Of a stretch of DNA of 64,000 nucleotides, positions 9,157 to 20,292 are shown in pieces. The stretch spans positions 2,976,001 through 3,040,000 of the forward strand of contig CAKKNE010000002.1 of the NCBI GenBank assembly GCA_918797485.1, written 5' to 3'. The position numbers and the translations under genes are program-made. Numbering within the stretch: the first letter of the stretch is position 1; the number at the start of each line of letters is the position of its first letter. Under the pieces are notes generated by a model, which ran no database searches, was not told the DNA's origin, and saw only the letters and a program-made list of their open reading frames with translations. The DNA is from Pelagomonas calceolata (lineage: Eukaryota).

Positions 9157-11064
9157 CTAGAAGTTGTTCGGCGTGAAGTCGCTGAAGCCGCAGAGCGACA
9201 GCACCTTCGCCGTTAATAGAAAGGCCGCCGTGATGGAGCACTCCAGGAAGTCGCCGACGGGCTGCTTCGAGTAGACCAGCGCCGCCCTCCTAGGATTCGC
9301 GAAGGGCCCCTGGAGCAAGTACTGGTGCATCGTGAACGGCCCGAACATAATCTTCCACCAGATGCGCGGCTTCGTCAGGAAGAGCTTCATTAAAGGTGGT
9401 AAACACCCCATCCGTTCCGCTAGATCGTCCGTATATAACTGGAAATCAACTAAACCTTTGACTCTTTTAGCATCGTACCCAAAGCGCCACTCCCAGTTGG
9501 CCTGGTCCTTTTTGGCTTGGTCCTCCATGCACTTCGTGTCTGGTAAGCAAATGCGGCCATCTACCACCAAAGCGAAATACTTCGCCTGCATCTCGGCGGT
9601 CGGCGGCACAGACCCAAAGGCCGGTCGCGCGAAGCCAAAGAACGCGACTTGTCCGTCGGGAAAGACAGGAACAAAAATCTGCTTGTACAATCTTCTCGGA
9701 TTCTGACCAAAAGCATTTAAATCTTTGGTGCGACACCCGCACTTCGAGCAGATGACGTCTTCCCGGCAGTCGGGGTGGTCGAACATCGGAAATGAGTTCC
9801 TGTAGCCCGTACAAGCGACCACCGCGTCGCAGTCGAAGGTAGAACCATCCGCAAAACAAGCACCGGTATCAGTGAGCTTGAACGCATCTCTGTGGAGTTC
9901 CGCGCCCTTGCACACCATGGCCGTGACGAAGCCCTCGTTCTTACAACCGAACTTACTGAACGCACTGGTCCCTTGCTCGATGTTTAATTCCCCGATCTTC
10001 TGCAGGATCTTCCGCTCCTCCATGGGCTTATCTTGCGAGCCATGTTTCGCGACGAACTTCTTCGCGAGCTGATTGACGTAGCCGACCCAGTCCCCGAGCA
10101 CGTACGGGTTGCTGTAGCGGCACCTGTTGGTGTTGAGATCCGTGACCCTACCGTCAGCTTGCTTCCTCGGTATCAAGTGGCCATGTTTACCTCTCACGAC
10201 AATAGCTACTTTTGATGCTTCACTGGCAATTTCATTGGTGATGTCCGAGCCGGATTCTCCAGCACCTACTACCAGTACTCTTTTACCCTTGAAGACCTCC
10301 GGCTTCTTGTAGTTCTCGGAGTGTACCAAAGTACCTCCATTCTTAATGAAGCAGTCCTGGCCCTCGAAGCGAGGTAAGGAGGCCCAATGATTTGTTCCGG
10401 TACAAATCGCGACGTGGTCGACCGCGTACGTCACGAGCTCGAAGACCGCCTCGGGCTGCATTTTTTTTCTGTCACCGGTCACGTGGTCGAAGTAGTCGTA
10501 CGCATAAGCAGATTTGACTTTTTTGAAGCCTTCTACCTCACATTTCGCATAAAATGCTTTGAGGGTCTTCGCGCCTTCGGTTCTCGCGGCACAACGCTGC
10601 TTTTCGGAAATGTGCCGCCCGAGCAAGAACGTACTACGATGGGGCGCGACGTGGGCGCCGCCGACCTTCACCGTGACGAGCCATTTGCCCGACTTCGGGC
10701 ATTTCGTGACCTTCAGTACTGAGGACCGGAAGCTGATGTGCTGGTACAGCGAGAACTCGTTCGCGAAGCCATCCAAGTAGTTCAGGTACTCCTCGTCGGA
10801 CCAGAAGACGGGCTTGTCTTCTCTCCCATCACTGTAGTCGCTGTACGCGGTGAGCAGCGACGACGTCGTGAGCATCGTCCTGTCGTACGAAGAAGTATAC
10901 ACGCCGCCGATGCGCACGTTCTCGTCGAAGCACTTCACCGTGTGGTTCAGTGCCGTTAATTCTTTCATGACAGCCAGGCCCGAGGCGCCGGCTCCAACAA
11001 CTAAGCAGGACTTCTTCCCCTCCGCTGCTTTTACGACCTCCATGCGTGGCTGCTTCTTGAACAT
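9157..11064 (-). CDS. Flavin-containing monooxygenase (FMO)
   Basis: GAGASG FAD motif, LVHSENYK FMO fingerprint, GAGESG NADPH motif, CTGY. Confidence 0.9.
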   Translation of the reverse strand: MFKKQPRMEVVKAAEGKKSCLVVGAGASGLAVMKELTALNHTVKCFDENVRIGGVYTSSYDRTMLTTSSLLTAYSDYSDGREDKPVFWSDEEYLNYLDGFANEFSLYQHISFRSSVLKVTKCPKSGKWLVTVKVGGAHVAPHRSTFLLGRHISEKQRCAARTEGAKTLKAFYAKCEVEGFKKVKSAYAYDYFDHVTGDRKKMQPEAVFELVTYAVDHVAICTGTNHWASLPRFEGQDCFIKNGGTLVHSENYKKPEVFKGKRVLVVGAGESGSDITNEIASEASKVAIVVRGKHGHLIPRKQADGRVTDLNTNRCRYSNPYVLGDWVGYVNQLAKKFVAKHGSQDKPMEERKILQKIGELNIEQGTSAFSKFGCKNEGFVTAMVCKGAELHRDAFKLTDTGACFADGSTFDCDAVVACTGYRNSFPMFDHPDCREDVICSKCGCRTKDLNAFGQNPRRLYKQIFVPVFPDGQVAFFGFARPAFGSVPPTAEMQAKYFALVVDGRICLPDTKCMEDQAKKDQANWEWRFGYDAKRVKGLVDFQLYTDDLAERMGCLPPLMKLFLTKPRIWWKIMFGPFTMHQYLLQGPFANPRRAALVYSKQPVGDFLECSITAAFLLTAKVLSLCGFSDFTPNNF

Positions 11065-11254
11065 GGTCGTCTAGGAGCTGCTGCGTTAATTGGGCTGCCT
11101 CTTGGTGCCGCGCGGCTTGGCTTCCAGCCTCCGATATGAGGTGGACGCCTCTCCGAAATTCGTGGGTGAAGCGGAGATTTTGGTGGTGAAGCAGCGCTCC
11201 GGGCGACGCCTCGGCTTCGTAGAGGCGCTCCCTAATACGGATGACGGCTGTGTG

Positions 11255-11274
11255 CTAGTGTCTTACACCGCTAG
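11255..11274 (-). promoter_or_regulatory. Recurrent intergenic dyad motif
   Basis: CTAGTGTCTTACACCGCTAG between divergent genes. Confidence 0.7.
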
Positions 11275-11395
11275 CTAGCTACAGTGCTCGGGAGCAAAAA
11301 ACGCTCTGTTTGCCGGTGACGGTGCTATTACGTGCCTGCACATACATCAGGAGACGACTTGCAGTAGCTCTCTGCAGCGACATCGATTTCGTGCC

Positions 11396-12346
11396 ATGCG
11401 AGCCCTCACTGCAGCCACTGCCCTCAGTGTGCTCGCGCTGCAGGCGCCCCGCGGCCCGTTACGCGGCCCGCAGCGCCGACAAAACACGAGACCGGCGATG
11501 CCACCCGCAGTGGTGGCAGAAGCACTAGCCAAGGGGCCGCTCGGGGTGCCGGCGCTCGCGGCCGTCGCGGGGGCGGTCCTGGCGCCGCTGACGCTGTATC
11601 GGCAGGGCTACTCGTTCAGCGTCGGCTACGGGTCCGCCGTCGGCGTCATGGCCCTCGCGGCGATGCGAGCGGTGCCGCCCACGACGCAGCTCGCGACGCT
11701 CACGGCGGGCGCGACGCTCTTCTACGGCTTTCGACTGGCCCTGCATTTGCTGGCGCGGCAGCTCACGGTACCGGACATCGCCGAGCGCATCAAGGCCTTT
11801 GACAAGACGCCGCGGCTCAAGAGATTGCCGCTGATCCCGCCGCTGGCACTGTTCTACGCCTGCATGACGTCGCCCTTACTTTTTGCATTACGAACGCCGC
11901 CCACGAAGTACCTGAAGGTGGCGCAAATCGGCTGCGGCCTCGCCTGGGCCGGCGCGGCCATCGAGGCGATCGCCGACGCCCAGAAGTTTCTCCAAAAAAG
12001 GCGCGACTACGCCCAGAAGGCGGGCGGCACGTTTACCGGCCCGATGGGCGGCCTCTACGCGTCGTGCCGCCACCCGAACTACTTCGGGGAAGTGCTCTTC
12101 TGGTTCGGGCTCTTCGTGGCCGGGCTGCCGTCCTTCGGCTCGCAGATTATACCGTATGCGGCGGGCGGGCTCGGGCTCTGGGGCATCTACGGCATCATGA
12201 GCGGGGCCACAAAACGCCTCGACGGCAAGCAGAAAGAGAAGTACGGCGGCCAGCCGGTCTACGACGCGTGGCGCGCGCGGACGGGCGGCCTGTTTCCCAA
12301 GTTCTTCGCCGGCGGCGACGCGGGGCGCGTCTTCTACGACGTATGA
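11396..12346 (+). CDS. DUF1295 / steroid 5-alpha-reductase-like membrane protein
   Basis: EAIADAQK, GGLYASCRHPNYFGEVLFWFG, multiple TM helices. Confidence 0.85.
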   Translation: MRALTAATALSVLALQAPRGPLRGPQRRQNTRPAMPPAVVAEALAKGPLGVPALAAVAGAVLAPLTLYRQGYSFSVGYGSAVGVMALAAMRAVPPTTQLATLTAGATLFYGFRLALHLLARQLTVPDIAERIKAFDKTPRLKRLPLIPPLALFYACMTSPLLFALRTPPTKYLKVAQIGCGLAWAGAAIEAIADAQKFLQKRRDYAQKAGGTFTGPMGGLYASCRHPNYFGEVLFWFGLFVAGLPSFGSQIIPYAAGGLGLWGIYGIMSGATKRLDGKQKEKYGGQPVYDAWRARTGGLFPKFFAGGDAGRVFYDV

Positions 12347-13461
12347 GATCTAACCACTGATTATTGAAGTGTATCTAGACGGCGGCCATGGGCTTTTAGA
12401 GGACAAAAAAACTGCCAAGCAGAGCAATCAACGCGATTTTTGCGCCTAGTGTGTTAGACGGCCCGGCTGACGCAGGCCAACGACCCGGCGCGCGGCATCG
12501 TCTTCTGCAACCGCTGTTGCACGGAGCGGGAGCCGAATAAGCACGGCGCCAGGGGCTACGTGTGCGGCGTGTGCATGTCGAAAGATGTTAGAATCGTCGA
12601 GGAGCCGACTGGCCGCTGGGCCATCTAATTCACTACACGCATCCGCCGGACTCATGGCTGCACAAGCGCCGGCGAGAACCCCTCCTGACTGACTTATCCC
12701 TTCCCCTGACTAATATTCGTTCTTGATATACTTACTCGCTCTTCGTCGAGACCTCGAGGTCTCCTTTATCCGGGGTTGAGCGAGCGACGCTCGGCCCGGC
12801 GAGAGCGCGCAACCTGTCGGTCGACCTCCACGCCGTCGCGGCGGCGTAGCTCGGCTTGGCTCGAGTTCATTGACTTTGGCTCCGCCAGCCGGAGCGCGCG
12901 GTGAATGCCCCCCCCGGGCGGGCCCTGGCCCAGCCCTCCGCAGCGGTCCTGCCCGCCCCCGAGAACCCTCCCGCGACGCCGAACTAGCGGTACATTAGTG
13001 AACCCAGATTGCAGTCCAGATTGCGTGGCCGCCGCACAGACGTGGATCTGCTATCGTCGACTAAAACCTCTGCATTTGCCGGCGTCCGCTGTTTGCAACC
13101 GCGCAACCTGGTGCCTTCTCCCCACCCCCGGACCCCGCGCCGACTCGCTGCGCGGCGCCGCGCGCTGCCCCGCGCGCGCATGGTGCATCATCAATCGCCG
13201 TCGCTCTCCGGGGCCTCGCCGGCGCCGCGGCCGCGCCGCGGCCCGCACCCGCGCGCGCGCACGATGGTCCCGTGCGCCCGGCCCGGGCGCGCGCGCGTGC
13301 CGGTGCGCCGCGCCGCCGGCGAGCCTCGCGCGGGCGCCGCGCGCGGCGCCGGACGTGGGGCATCGCCGACGCCGCGACCGCGCCGCGCCCCGCACCACAC
13401 ACTTGCATAAGGGATCCCGCGCGCCCCACTCACGGTGTCGTTGCACGCAGCTCTCACAAAA

Positions 13462-14046
13462 ATGGCCAAGCTCGCCCTCGCCCTCGCCCTCGCCCCGGCC
13501 GTCACGGCCTTCGCGCCCGTCGCGGCCCCCAAGGCCGCCACGAAGCTCGACGCGTCCATCGCCGACACCCTCGCCTCGATGGAGGGCCCGGAGATCTTCT
13601 GGGGCTCGGACGGCGTGCTCCTCGGCCACGACGAGGCCGACATCAAGGGCTACGACAACTTCGACCAGCTCGCGGCCGCGCTCTCCAAGGAGGGCGTCGA
13701 CCTCTCGGGCGGTGAGTACACGCTCCTCGCGCCGTCCAACTCGGCCTTCGACAAGCACAACAACGAGGTCGGCACGCCGGTCACGGCTGACGTGCTCAAG
13801 TACCACGTGATCGAGGGCAAGAAGACGATGGACGCCCTCAACTCGGACCAGAAGACGCTCAACGGCGGCACGCTGACCTACTACCGCAAGTTCCGCAAGA
13901 ACTGGCTCGACTACGCCATCATCGGCCTCAAGTCGGAGGGCCCGTCCAAGTCGTCCAACTGGCCGGCGGACGTCCAGTGCGACAACGGCGTCATCCACGC
14001 CATCGACACGGTGCTCGTGCCCGGCGCCTACGACGGCTCGCGGTAA
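13462..14046 (+). CDS. Fasciclin (FAS1) domain protein, plastid-targeted
   Basis: Signal peptide + AFAP bipartite motif; YTLLAPSNSAF, LKYHVI, NGVIHAIDTVL; strong GC3 codon bias. Confidence 0.9.
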   Translation: MAKLALALALAPAVTAFAPVAAPKAATKLDASIADTLASMEGPEIFWGSDGVLLGHDEADIKGYDNFDQLAAALSKEGVDLSGGEYTLLAPSNSAFDKHNNEVGTPVTADVLKYHVIEGKKTMDALNSDQKTLNGGTLTYYRKFRKNWLDYAIIGLKSEGPSKSSNWPADVQCDNGVIHAIDTVLVPGAYDGSR

Positions 14047-14712
14047 ACGCGACGCCCGTTGTCGGCGAGGAGGCCTCCCGCCGGGCAGACGGTTCGGCGG
14101 TGCCTCACGCGCCCCCATGTTTAAAGGAAGTTTATCTTCAATCTTTTGTGCTGCGGCTTGTGAAAGGAGACGGGCTGTGGACTCAGGGGCGTTTTTGGCC
14201 CTATTTGGTTTGTATCGTCGGCCAGCCGTTCGGGGAGAGGTCCTTGCACCGAAAGACGTGCTAAACAGATCCGTGCGTGTTTGTGTTTACTAGTATGCTA
14301 GCAGCTAGGTGCTCAGGATTTAGTGTGCAAGACGGACTAAATCGCTCTGTCCGCCACCGTGTCCACGTAAATCGCAGCGAAATTGCTATAGAACGACTTC
14401 AATTAGACGTGTGCACGGCCTCTGGCGAAAGACACGGCTGCGGGACGTCCCTTGGGGGCTAAAAGCCAAGGCCGGCTGGCACCGAAGAGCTGCGGCTCCA
14501 CTCGGCCCGGACGGACCAATGGACTCGCACGCAACACCCGTGGGTCGTGGACAGCCCGCGGCACCAGCGACCGGTGGCCTTCCCGGCGAGACGGGGCGTT
14601 ACACCTGCCTCGCCGGGCTCTGGACATCCGACTCGCATCACTGGTTCCGCCGCGCCGCCGCCGGCGCATGCGACCGCGCGCTCACCCATACGACACGCAG
14701 GTGTGTGCCAGG

Positions 14713-15321
14713 ATGTACCGGCTCGTCGCGCTCGCGAGCGTCGCCGGCGCGCTCGTCGCGCCGCCCGCCGCGCGGCCGACGACGCGGCTCAGCGCCACGG
14801 AGGGCGCGTCGGCGCCGCTCGGCTTCTGGGACCCCGCGGGCCTGAGCGAGCTCGGCTCGGACCGGACGCAGGCCTGGTTCAAGGCGGCCGAGACGAAGCA
14901 CGGCCGCGTGGCCATGGCGGCCTGCACGGGCTGGATCGTGACCGAGATGGGCTTCCGCTGGCCCGGCGCCTACGACATGGCGGGCCACAAGTTCAGCGAC
15001 GTGCCCGGCGGCCTGGCCGCCGAGGCCGTCTTCCGCGACAACGGCGGCATGGTCCAGATCCTCTTCTCGGCCGGCCTCGTCGAGTTCTGGTCCGAGCTCC
15101 AGAAGCCGCACTACATGTCCGGCGGCGGCTCCCAGAAGCTGCCCATCTGGGACCCCGTCGGCTTCACGGCGGGCCTGTCGGCCGACGAGCTCAAGACGAA
15201 GCGCCAGGCCGAGACGAACAACGGGCGCCTGGCGATGATCGGTGCGGCGGGCTTCTGGTCGGCGACGTACCTCGACGGCTCCGTGCCGGCGCTGACGGGC
15301 ACGGCCTTCTTCCAGTCCTAG
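14713..15321 (+). CDS. Light-harvesting fucoxanthin-chlorophyll a/c binding protein
   Basis: PLGFWDPAGL, AETKHGRVAM, WDPVG, AETNNGRLAMIG. Confidence 0.95.
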   Translation: MYRLVALASVAGALVAPPAARPTTRLSATEGASAPLGFWDPAGLSELGSDRTQAWFKAAETKHGRVAMAACTGWIVTEMGFRWPGAYDMAGHKFSDVPGGLAAEAVFRDNGGMVQILFSAGLVEFWSELQKPHYMSGGGSQKLPIWDPVGFTAGLSADELKTKRQAETNNGRLAMIGAAGFWSATYLDGSVPALTGTAFFQS

Positions 15322-15378
15322 ATTGTGGTCTCGGGCGCTCCGCGCGTTGTTGGGTAAGCGGGGCATAGTATACTATTC

Positions 15379-15961
15379 TTAGGGCAGCGACCGGAAGTGC
15401 CGCATGTAAACCCGCCCCGCCGGCGCGTTCGGGACGTGGTCGGCGACGCCGCGCTGCTTGTTCTTGCCGACGGTAAACGTGCAGTTGTCTGGCCGCGCCA
15501 GGCGCGCGTCGTACTGGTTTTGTGTGGCGCGGATGTCTACCAAAGTGCGGTCGAACGTCGACAGCCCCGCGTAGCCGACGTAATACCTGTGCGGATGGAG
15601 TCGCGGCGATGGCTTAACCCGACAATAAGTCAACGCCGACGCGCACGCCGCGTCCGCGACCGAGCTTCCACTCGCGCCGCCGCTGGGCGACGCGCTCGGC
15701 GTGCGTGCGATAGGCGACGGGATTGCCCGGCGCGGCCGCCGGCCGGACGTGCGCGGCCCGCGGCGCGTCGAAGGGGTTATCGGCCTTCGCACAGGTCTTG
15801 TCCGCCCAGCACCGCTTGTCCTCCTGGCCGCGGCCGCCGCGGCACCGGCGGCCGGCGTGGCAGTACGTCGTCACGGCTGGCCTGTGCACGACGTCGACCG
15901 CCGCGGCGACGACGAGCGCGACTATGAAACGGTTACAGGTCATACGCGTCGCGGCCTTCAT
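15379..15961 (-). CDS. Hypothetical signal-anchored protein, probably 2 exons (intron about 15587-15644)
   Basis: Two ORFs join in frame (..RGV|YYVGYAG..) using a GC donor at 15644 and GCACAG acceptor at 15587. Confidence 0.45.
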
Positions 15962-16257
15962 CACTGTGGGACCAGGTCTGACTGATAGTCTGGTGAGTCT
16001 GGTGACTCTGGTCCTCTAAAATTCAGAGAGTTTCGCGTTTCAATTGTTTTGATTCGTTCGCCGACGTAAATTTAACAATAAACAGATCCCAAGCGCGTGA
16101 GTATGGTGACTGGTCTTTCGAGCCTAGTGTGTCGACCACGCTAGCCTCACATAATGTTGGTAACAGCACCACTAGCAGCGTGAGCGCAGCGATACCGACG
16201 TGCGTGTGTCATTGCGTTCGCGACGCGCAGAAGTGCTTTCATTTATTCGCTGGAGGC

Positions 16258-16390
16258 GTGCCGCGCGCAGCCAAGCCCAGTAGCCAAAATAGAGTGTCCG
16301 GAGAGCACCAGCCTGCAGTCGTCAAATAACTCTCGCAGCAGTGCCGCGCAGCTGTCCCAGTAGCCTCAAATAGTGTCCCGGAGAGCGCAC
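16258..16390. repeat. Imperfect ~50-bp direct duplication upstream of THUMP gene
   Basis: GTGCCGCGC..CCCAGTAGCC..AAATAG..TGTCC.GGAGAGC twice, about 83 bp apart. Confidence 0.75.
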
Positions 16391-16404
16391 ATCAGCCCTC
16401 AAAC

Positions 16405-17349
16405 ATGGCCTCATTATTCGGCAAACTAAAACGCGCCGTCGCGGCCGACGACGAAGAGAAAGCCACCGAAGCACCGCCCAAAAAGCAGAAGACCGAAACA
16501 AAACCGAAACAAACAGGTGGCCAGGGCCGGCGCCTCGGCGACCTGCGGAAGCTGCGGGGCAAGGCGGCGATCCTCTTCACGTGCCCGACGCGCATGGAGC
16601 GCAAGGCGTGCCACGAGGCCTGGGAGTTGCTATCTGAAAAAGTCGATGAGGAACAGGAATCATCACAAAAGAAATCGCTGGCGGCCTCATTAAAAGCCGA
16701 GGCCCGGGCGTCCAAGGCGTCGAAGGTCGCGACCTACGATCTAGGGAGCCAGGGCGTCGGCTGGGCGACCGTCGACGGCGTGGATGTGGTCGAGCTCGCG
16801 ACGCGGCTCGTGCGCGACGCGTCCGAGGACCCGGCGTCGCTCGCGGCGGGGTCGCGGATGGTCATCCGCATCATGCCGATGCAGTCTGTTACGTTTGCTT
16901 CACTGAGTGATCTCGTCGAGGGCGCCGCGCCACTCATCTCCCAGTCATTCGGCGGGCTGCGGACGAGTCCCCACAGAGCGATCGTCGAGGCGTTGGAATC
17001 TATGAAGACGCGGGACGAGGAGCTACTGAAGACCGCGCGGGAAAAGGCCGCGGCGGAGTCTGGGACAGAGCCGGGCTCGGCGTCTTCAGTCAAGTACGCG
17101 GTGCGGCTCCAGCGCCGGTCCGCCGCGGGCTTTCCCAAGGACGCGGCCGTGCGCGCGCTGGCGGCCCTCGTGCCGCCCCAGCACACCGTTAGTTTAGGTG
17201 CGCCGGAGGTGACGATCCTCGTGGAGGTGTTCAAGTCGCTCTGCGGCGTCGCCGTCGTGCCGGGCTACCACGCGATGCACGACTTTAACCTGCACGCGGC
17301 GGCGGGGAAGCAGGTCGTGCCTCCGCCGCCGAAGAGTAAGAAGAAGTAG
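16405..17349 (+). CDS. THUMP domain protein (THUMPD1/Tan1-like)
   Basis: ILFTC..ERKA..EA; VIRIMPMQ; HTVSLGAPEVTILVEVFKSLCGVAVV; FNL. Confidence 0.8.
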   Translation: MASLFGKLKRAVAADDEEKATEAPPKKQKTETKPKQTGGQGRRLGDLRKLRGKAAILFTCPTRMERKACHEAWELLSEKVDEEQESSQKKSLAASLKAEARASKASKVATYDLGSQGVGWATVDGVDVVELATRLVRDASEDPASLAAGSRMVIRIMPMQSVTFASLSDLVEGAAPLISQSFGGLRTSPHRAIVEALESMKTRDEELLKTAREKAAAESGTEPGSASSVKYAVRLQRRSAAGFPKDAAVRALAALVPPQHTVSLGAPEVTILVEVFKSLCGVAVVPGYHAMHDFNLHAAAGKQVVPPPPKSKKK

Positions 17350-17427
17350 TGCGTTTTCGCGTCGATGGCGTCGATGCGCACGCCCGAAACTCACGAAACT
17401 CGCGATTCGAGCGCGCCAAAAATTCAG

Positions 17428-17448
17428 CTAGCGTCTGTAAGACACTAG
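17428..17448 (+). promoter_or_regulatory. Recurrent intergenic dyad motif
   Basis: CTAGCGTCTGTAAGACACTAG, about 140 bp upstream of ATG 17590. Confidence 0.7.
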
Positions 17449-17589
17449 CAAGCAGCAAAATTGGCACTGCCACTGAACAGGGCCTTGCGCCGCGGCCTCC
17501 GGCGCGATCTGTCGCCTGCGAGCCACCAGTGGTGACCTCGAACCACACCGGCAGCGGTGTGCCACAACAATGGGCAGCCTCCCTAGACG

Positions 17590-18579
17590 ATGAACCGCGA
17601 GGAGAAGGGCCAGACGCGCGTCGAGCTGACGCTCGACTCGAACCACCAATTGCCGGTCCCGCACGGCCTCAGCTTCCCCCTCGACCAGCGCGACATCGAG
17701 CTCAAAGAGCTGAGACGATTGTGCGCGACGGCGTCCGGCGAACAGAAGGCCCACCTCGAAGCCGAGATCCGAAAGCTAGAAAAGGGCTCGGAGTCGCCGA
17801 CACACCGTAACGGGCCCAAAAAGAACGCCGCGCGGCCCTGGTCCGCGCGGCCCGTGTCCAGACAACAGGGTTCGCATGTGATGAAAACAATTCCGGAGTC
17901 GCGGCAGCATGTCAGGCCGTTGTCGTCGAAGATGCGCGGGGTGTCTGGCATATCATCGTTGCTAAACGGTGAAGCCGATCTACAGGCGCTGCATCGCTCT
18001 AGGCCGCGGCACAGCCGCGGCGATTTGTCGAGTGCCGCATCGGAAGCGTCGGAAGAATCCGTGGACCTCTTCGCGGACCATCCTTCAGCGGACGAGGTCA
18101 CGGAGCTCGATATCAATCGATTAACCGCGACGTGCTTCGATTCCAGACACCCGCCGCGGCATTGTGTTGATAGATCTCCAGAAACGTTCTTTTCAGCTTC
18201 TGGGATGTGTCCCCAAATTTTGTGCGTCAAATTCAGGCGATCCGTACATTTACGTAGAGTCTCGGTCGTCTGCAGCGGCGTCCGGTCCATGCGCCTGAGG
18301 TGGAAGGCGGGCGACGCGTGGCGGTCGCAGATGCAGACGCTGTCGCGGGGCGCGCCCCACCAGGCCACGACGGAGTTCGCCTTCGATCCTAGCAGAGAGG
18401 GCCGCAGCGAAACAAATGAGGTGCTCGTCGAGATTGTGGCCGCGTTCGCCGCGTTTTGTCGGGTGCGCCATTTGGGCTTCGTCGAGGCGTCGGGGCGAAA
18501 GTCGCGGCCCTCTTTGGACTATGACGAACCATCCCCGGTCCACGGGCCGAAGTCGCCTCCTAGATTATGTCCCCCTTGA
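17590..18579 (+). CDS. Protein with C-terminal IFT25/HSPB11-like (galactose-binding fold) domain
   Basis: HPPRHCVDRSPETFFSASGMCPQILCVKF resembles IFT25 HPPENIIDG.PETFW.TTGMFPQ. Confidence 0.6.
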   Translation: MNREEKGQTRVELTLDSNHQLPVPHGLSFPLDQRDIELKELRRLCATASGEQKAHLEAEIRKLEKGSESPTHRNGPKKNAARPWSARPVSRQQGSHVMKTIPESRQHVRPLSSKMRGVSGISSLLNGEADLQALHRSRPRHSRGDLSSAASEASEESVDLFADHPSADEVTELDINRLTATCFDSRHPPRHCVDRSPETFFSASGMCPQILCVKFRRSVHLRRVSVVCSGVRSMRLRWKAGDAWRSQMQTLSRGAPHQATTEFAFDPSREGRSETNEVLVEIVAAFAAFCRVRHLGFVEASGRKSRPSLDYDEPSPVHGPKSPPRLCPP

Positions 18580-18612
18580 TTGTAACATGTTAACACGAAT
18601 CGATTGTTAGAC

Positions 18613-20082
18613 TTATGATACTTCAAGACAGACGACGGTGACGTCGTCGGGCATGCCGCCGCCCCACATGACGTCGTTCTCCTTGGCGAGTAGGGCGAAG
18701 GGCGAGTCGACCGCGTCGTCCAACGAACGTTTTCGCGCTTCCTCGCAGAGACGCTCCGCCAAACTCGTACTTTTATCGTGCTCCCACTGATCACACACTT
18801 CGGCCACCGTCTCCAGAGCCACATTATCAAATAATCCATCGGTAGCCATCACGATGATGTCGTCGGCAAAAACCGGAACAGTGCCCACGTTCGCGTTACT
18901 AGGCGCCTCGAAGGGCTTCGTGCCGCCCTCGTTCGTCCAGCCGAGCTGGTAGGGGAGGTTGAAGTCCCTTAGTTGCTGCGCGGCGACTAGTAATGGCGCT
19001 CGCGTCGCCGATATTCCCGTGTGGGCCGCGGTGCCGGCCACGTCCGGTTTTCTCAGAACAACCACTCCGCAGTCTCCTAACGAACAGTAGGCTAATTGAG
19101 AGCGAGAAACGGACAATAGGAGTGCCGTAGAAGACCCGGGGATTTCTTCCTTCGTTACGTGCCGCCAGGCCCGTTCTAGTATTTCATCAGGCCTTAAGGA
19201 AGGGTGGTCGTCGATCGACGCTTCACAGGCCTCGGACAGCGCCCGAGGATACAGTCTCGGATCGACGCCTAATTTCCGCCAGCTTCCAACACCATCAAAA
19301 ACGCCCACGTGCGTGATGTTGTTGATCCTCTTGACAAAGTGGGCGTCCTCGGACAGGTTCACATCTGTCGTAGGCTCGGCGCCATTTAAATCCGAGATAC
19401 TTCGCGCCGAGTGGCCTGTTTCCAATTTGAGGGGATTTGGCAAACAACAATGCGTCAGGTTCACTTCATGGTCATCGATTGCATGTGAAGCACCAGCCAA
19501 GGCAGAAACCATGGTCTGCAACCGTTCTGATGAGACCGTTTTCGAACCACTAGGCAGCCCGCGCCGAGCTGCTGTCGTCTCCAGGAACGCCTCCTTCGTC
19601 TTTGTTGAGGTTCGCAGCTCCATGAGGTAGTCCCCAATGTCCTTCGCCGTCAGCATCCCCAAAACTTCGCCGTTCTGGGCCACCGGTAAATTCCTAACAC
19701 CTAAAGTGCGCATCAACGCTTGCGTCCGCTCGATCGGATCTTCCGGCGCGCACCAGGCGATTTTCTGGCGTGGCGTCGCGAAGTCCGCGCATCTATCTTC
19801 TAATCCGTCGCAGCCGTTCTCGTGGAGCCTTACTAATAAATCTCTTGCTGTCACTACTCCGGCGACGGTGCCCTCTTCGTCATGGGTCAGCGCCGACGTG
19901 AAGCGCTGCTCTATTAGTTCCCTAATAGCTTCTCGTACTGGTAGAGTTTCATCAATCTCCGGCGCCGTCCTCAAACCTCGTTCTATGATCAAATCGCGGA
20001 CGCGGAGGTCGGCGAGGCTTGCTCTGCTTCGCGAGGGCGGGGCGCGCCTTATGACGCGGGCACGCAGCGCGGCGCGGCGCAT
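18613..20082 (-). CDS. CBS-pair + PP2C (PTC7-like) protein phosphatase
   Basis: N-terminal CBS (GVVTARDL, LGMLTAKDI); SEDAHF, GVFDGVGSW, GSSTA, LGDCG, MATDGLFDN, GGMPDDVTV. Confidence 0.88.
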   Translation of the reverse strand: MRRAALRARVIRRAPPSRSRASLADLRVRDLIIERGLRTAPEIDETLPVREAIRELIEQRFTSALTHDEEGTVAGVVTARDLLVRLHENGCDGLEDRCADFATPRQKIAWCAPEDPIERTQALMRTLGVRNLPVAQNGEVLGMLTAKDIGDYLMELRTSTKTKEAFLETTAARRGLPSGSKTVSSERLQTMVSALAGASHAIDDHEVNLTHCCLPNPLKLETGHSARSISDLNGAEPTTDVNLSEDAHFVKRINNITHVGVFDGVGSWRKLGVDPRLYPRALSEACEASIDDHPSLRPDEILERAWRHVTKEEIPGSSTALLLSVSRSQLAYCSLGDCGVVVLRKPDVAGTAAHTGISATRAPLLVAAQQLRDFNLPYQLGWTNEGGTKPFEAPSNANVGTVPVFADDIIVMATDGLFDNVALETVAEVCDQWEHDKSTSLAERLCEEARKRSLDDAVDSPFALLAKENDVMWGGGMPDDVTVVCLEVS

Positions 20083-20292
20083 TGTGCACCCGTTCCCGTG
20101 TTTTTAGGATGATTCCGCGCGGCACGCGCTTTGCGGAAAGGAGTGGATCAGGAGGAGCTCGCCCTAGGGGTTGCGCGTCGGCTGCAGCGCTTGGCCACGA
20201 AACAAGGACAGCGCAGGGCGTTGCGCTCCCAGCGCTGTGATTGAAATGATAACTGAACGCCTGCAAAACACGGATGCAAAGCCGGCATGGAG

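Noticed and set aside
12905..15368. Long overlapping and antisense ORFs over the fasciclin and LHC genes, and similar ones throughout the window
   Set aside because: These are Arg/Pro/Ala-rich shadow ORFs expected from high GC and strong codon bias.
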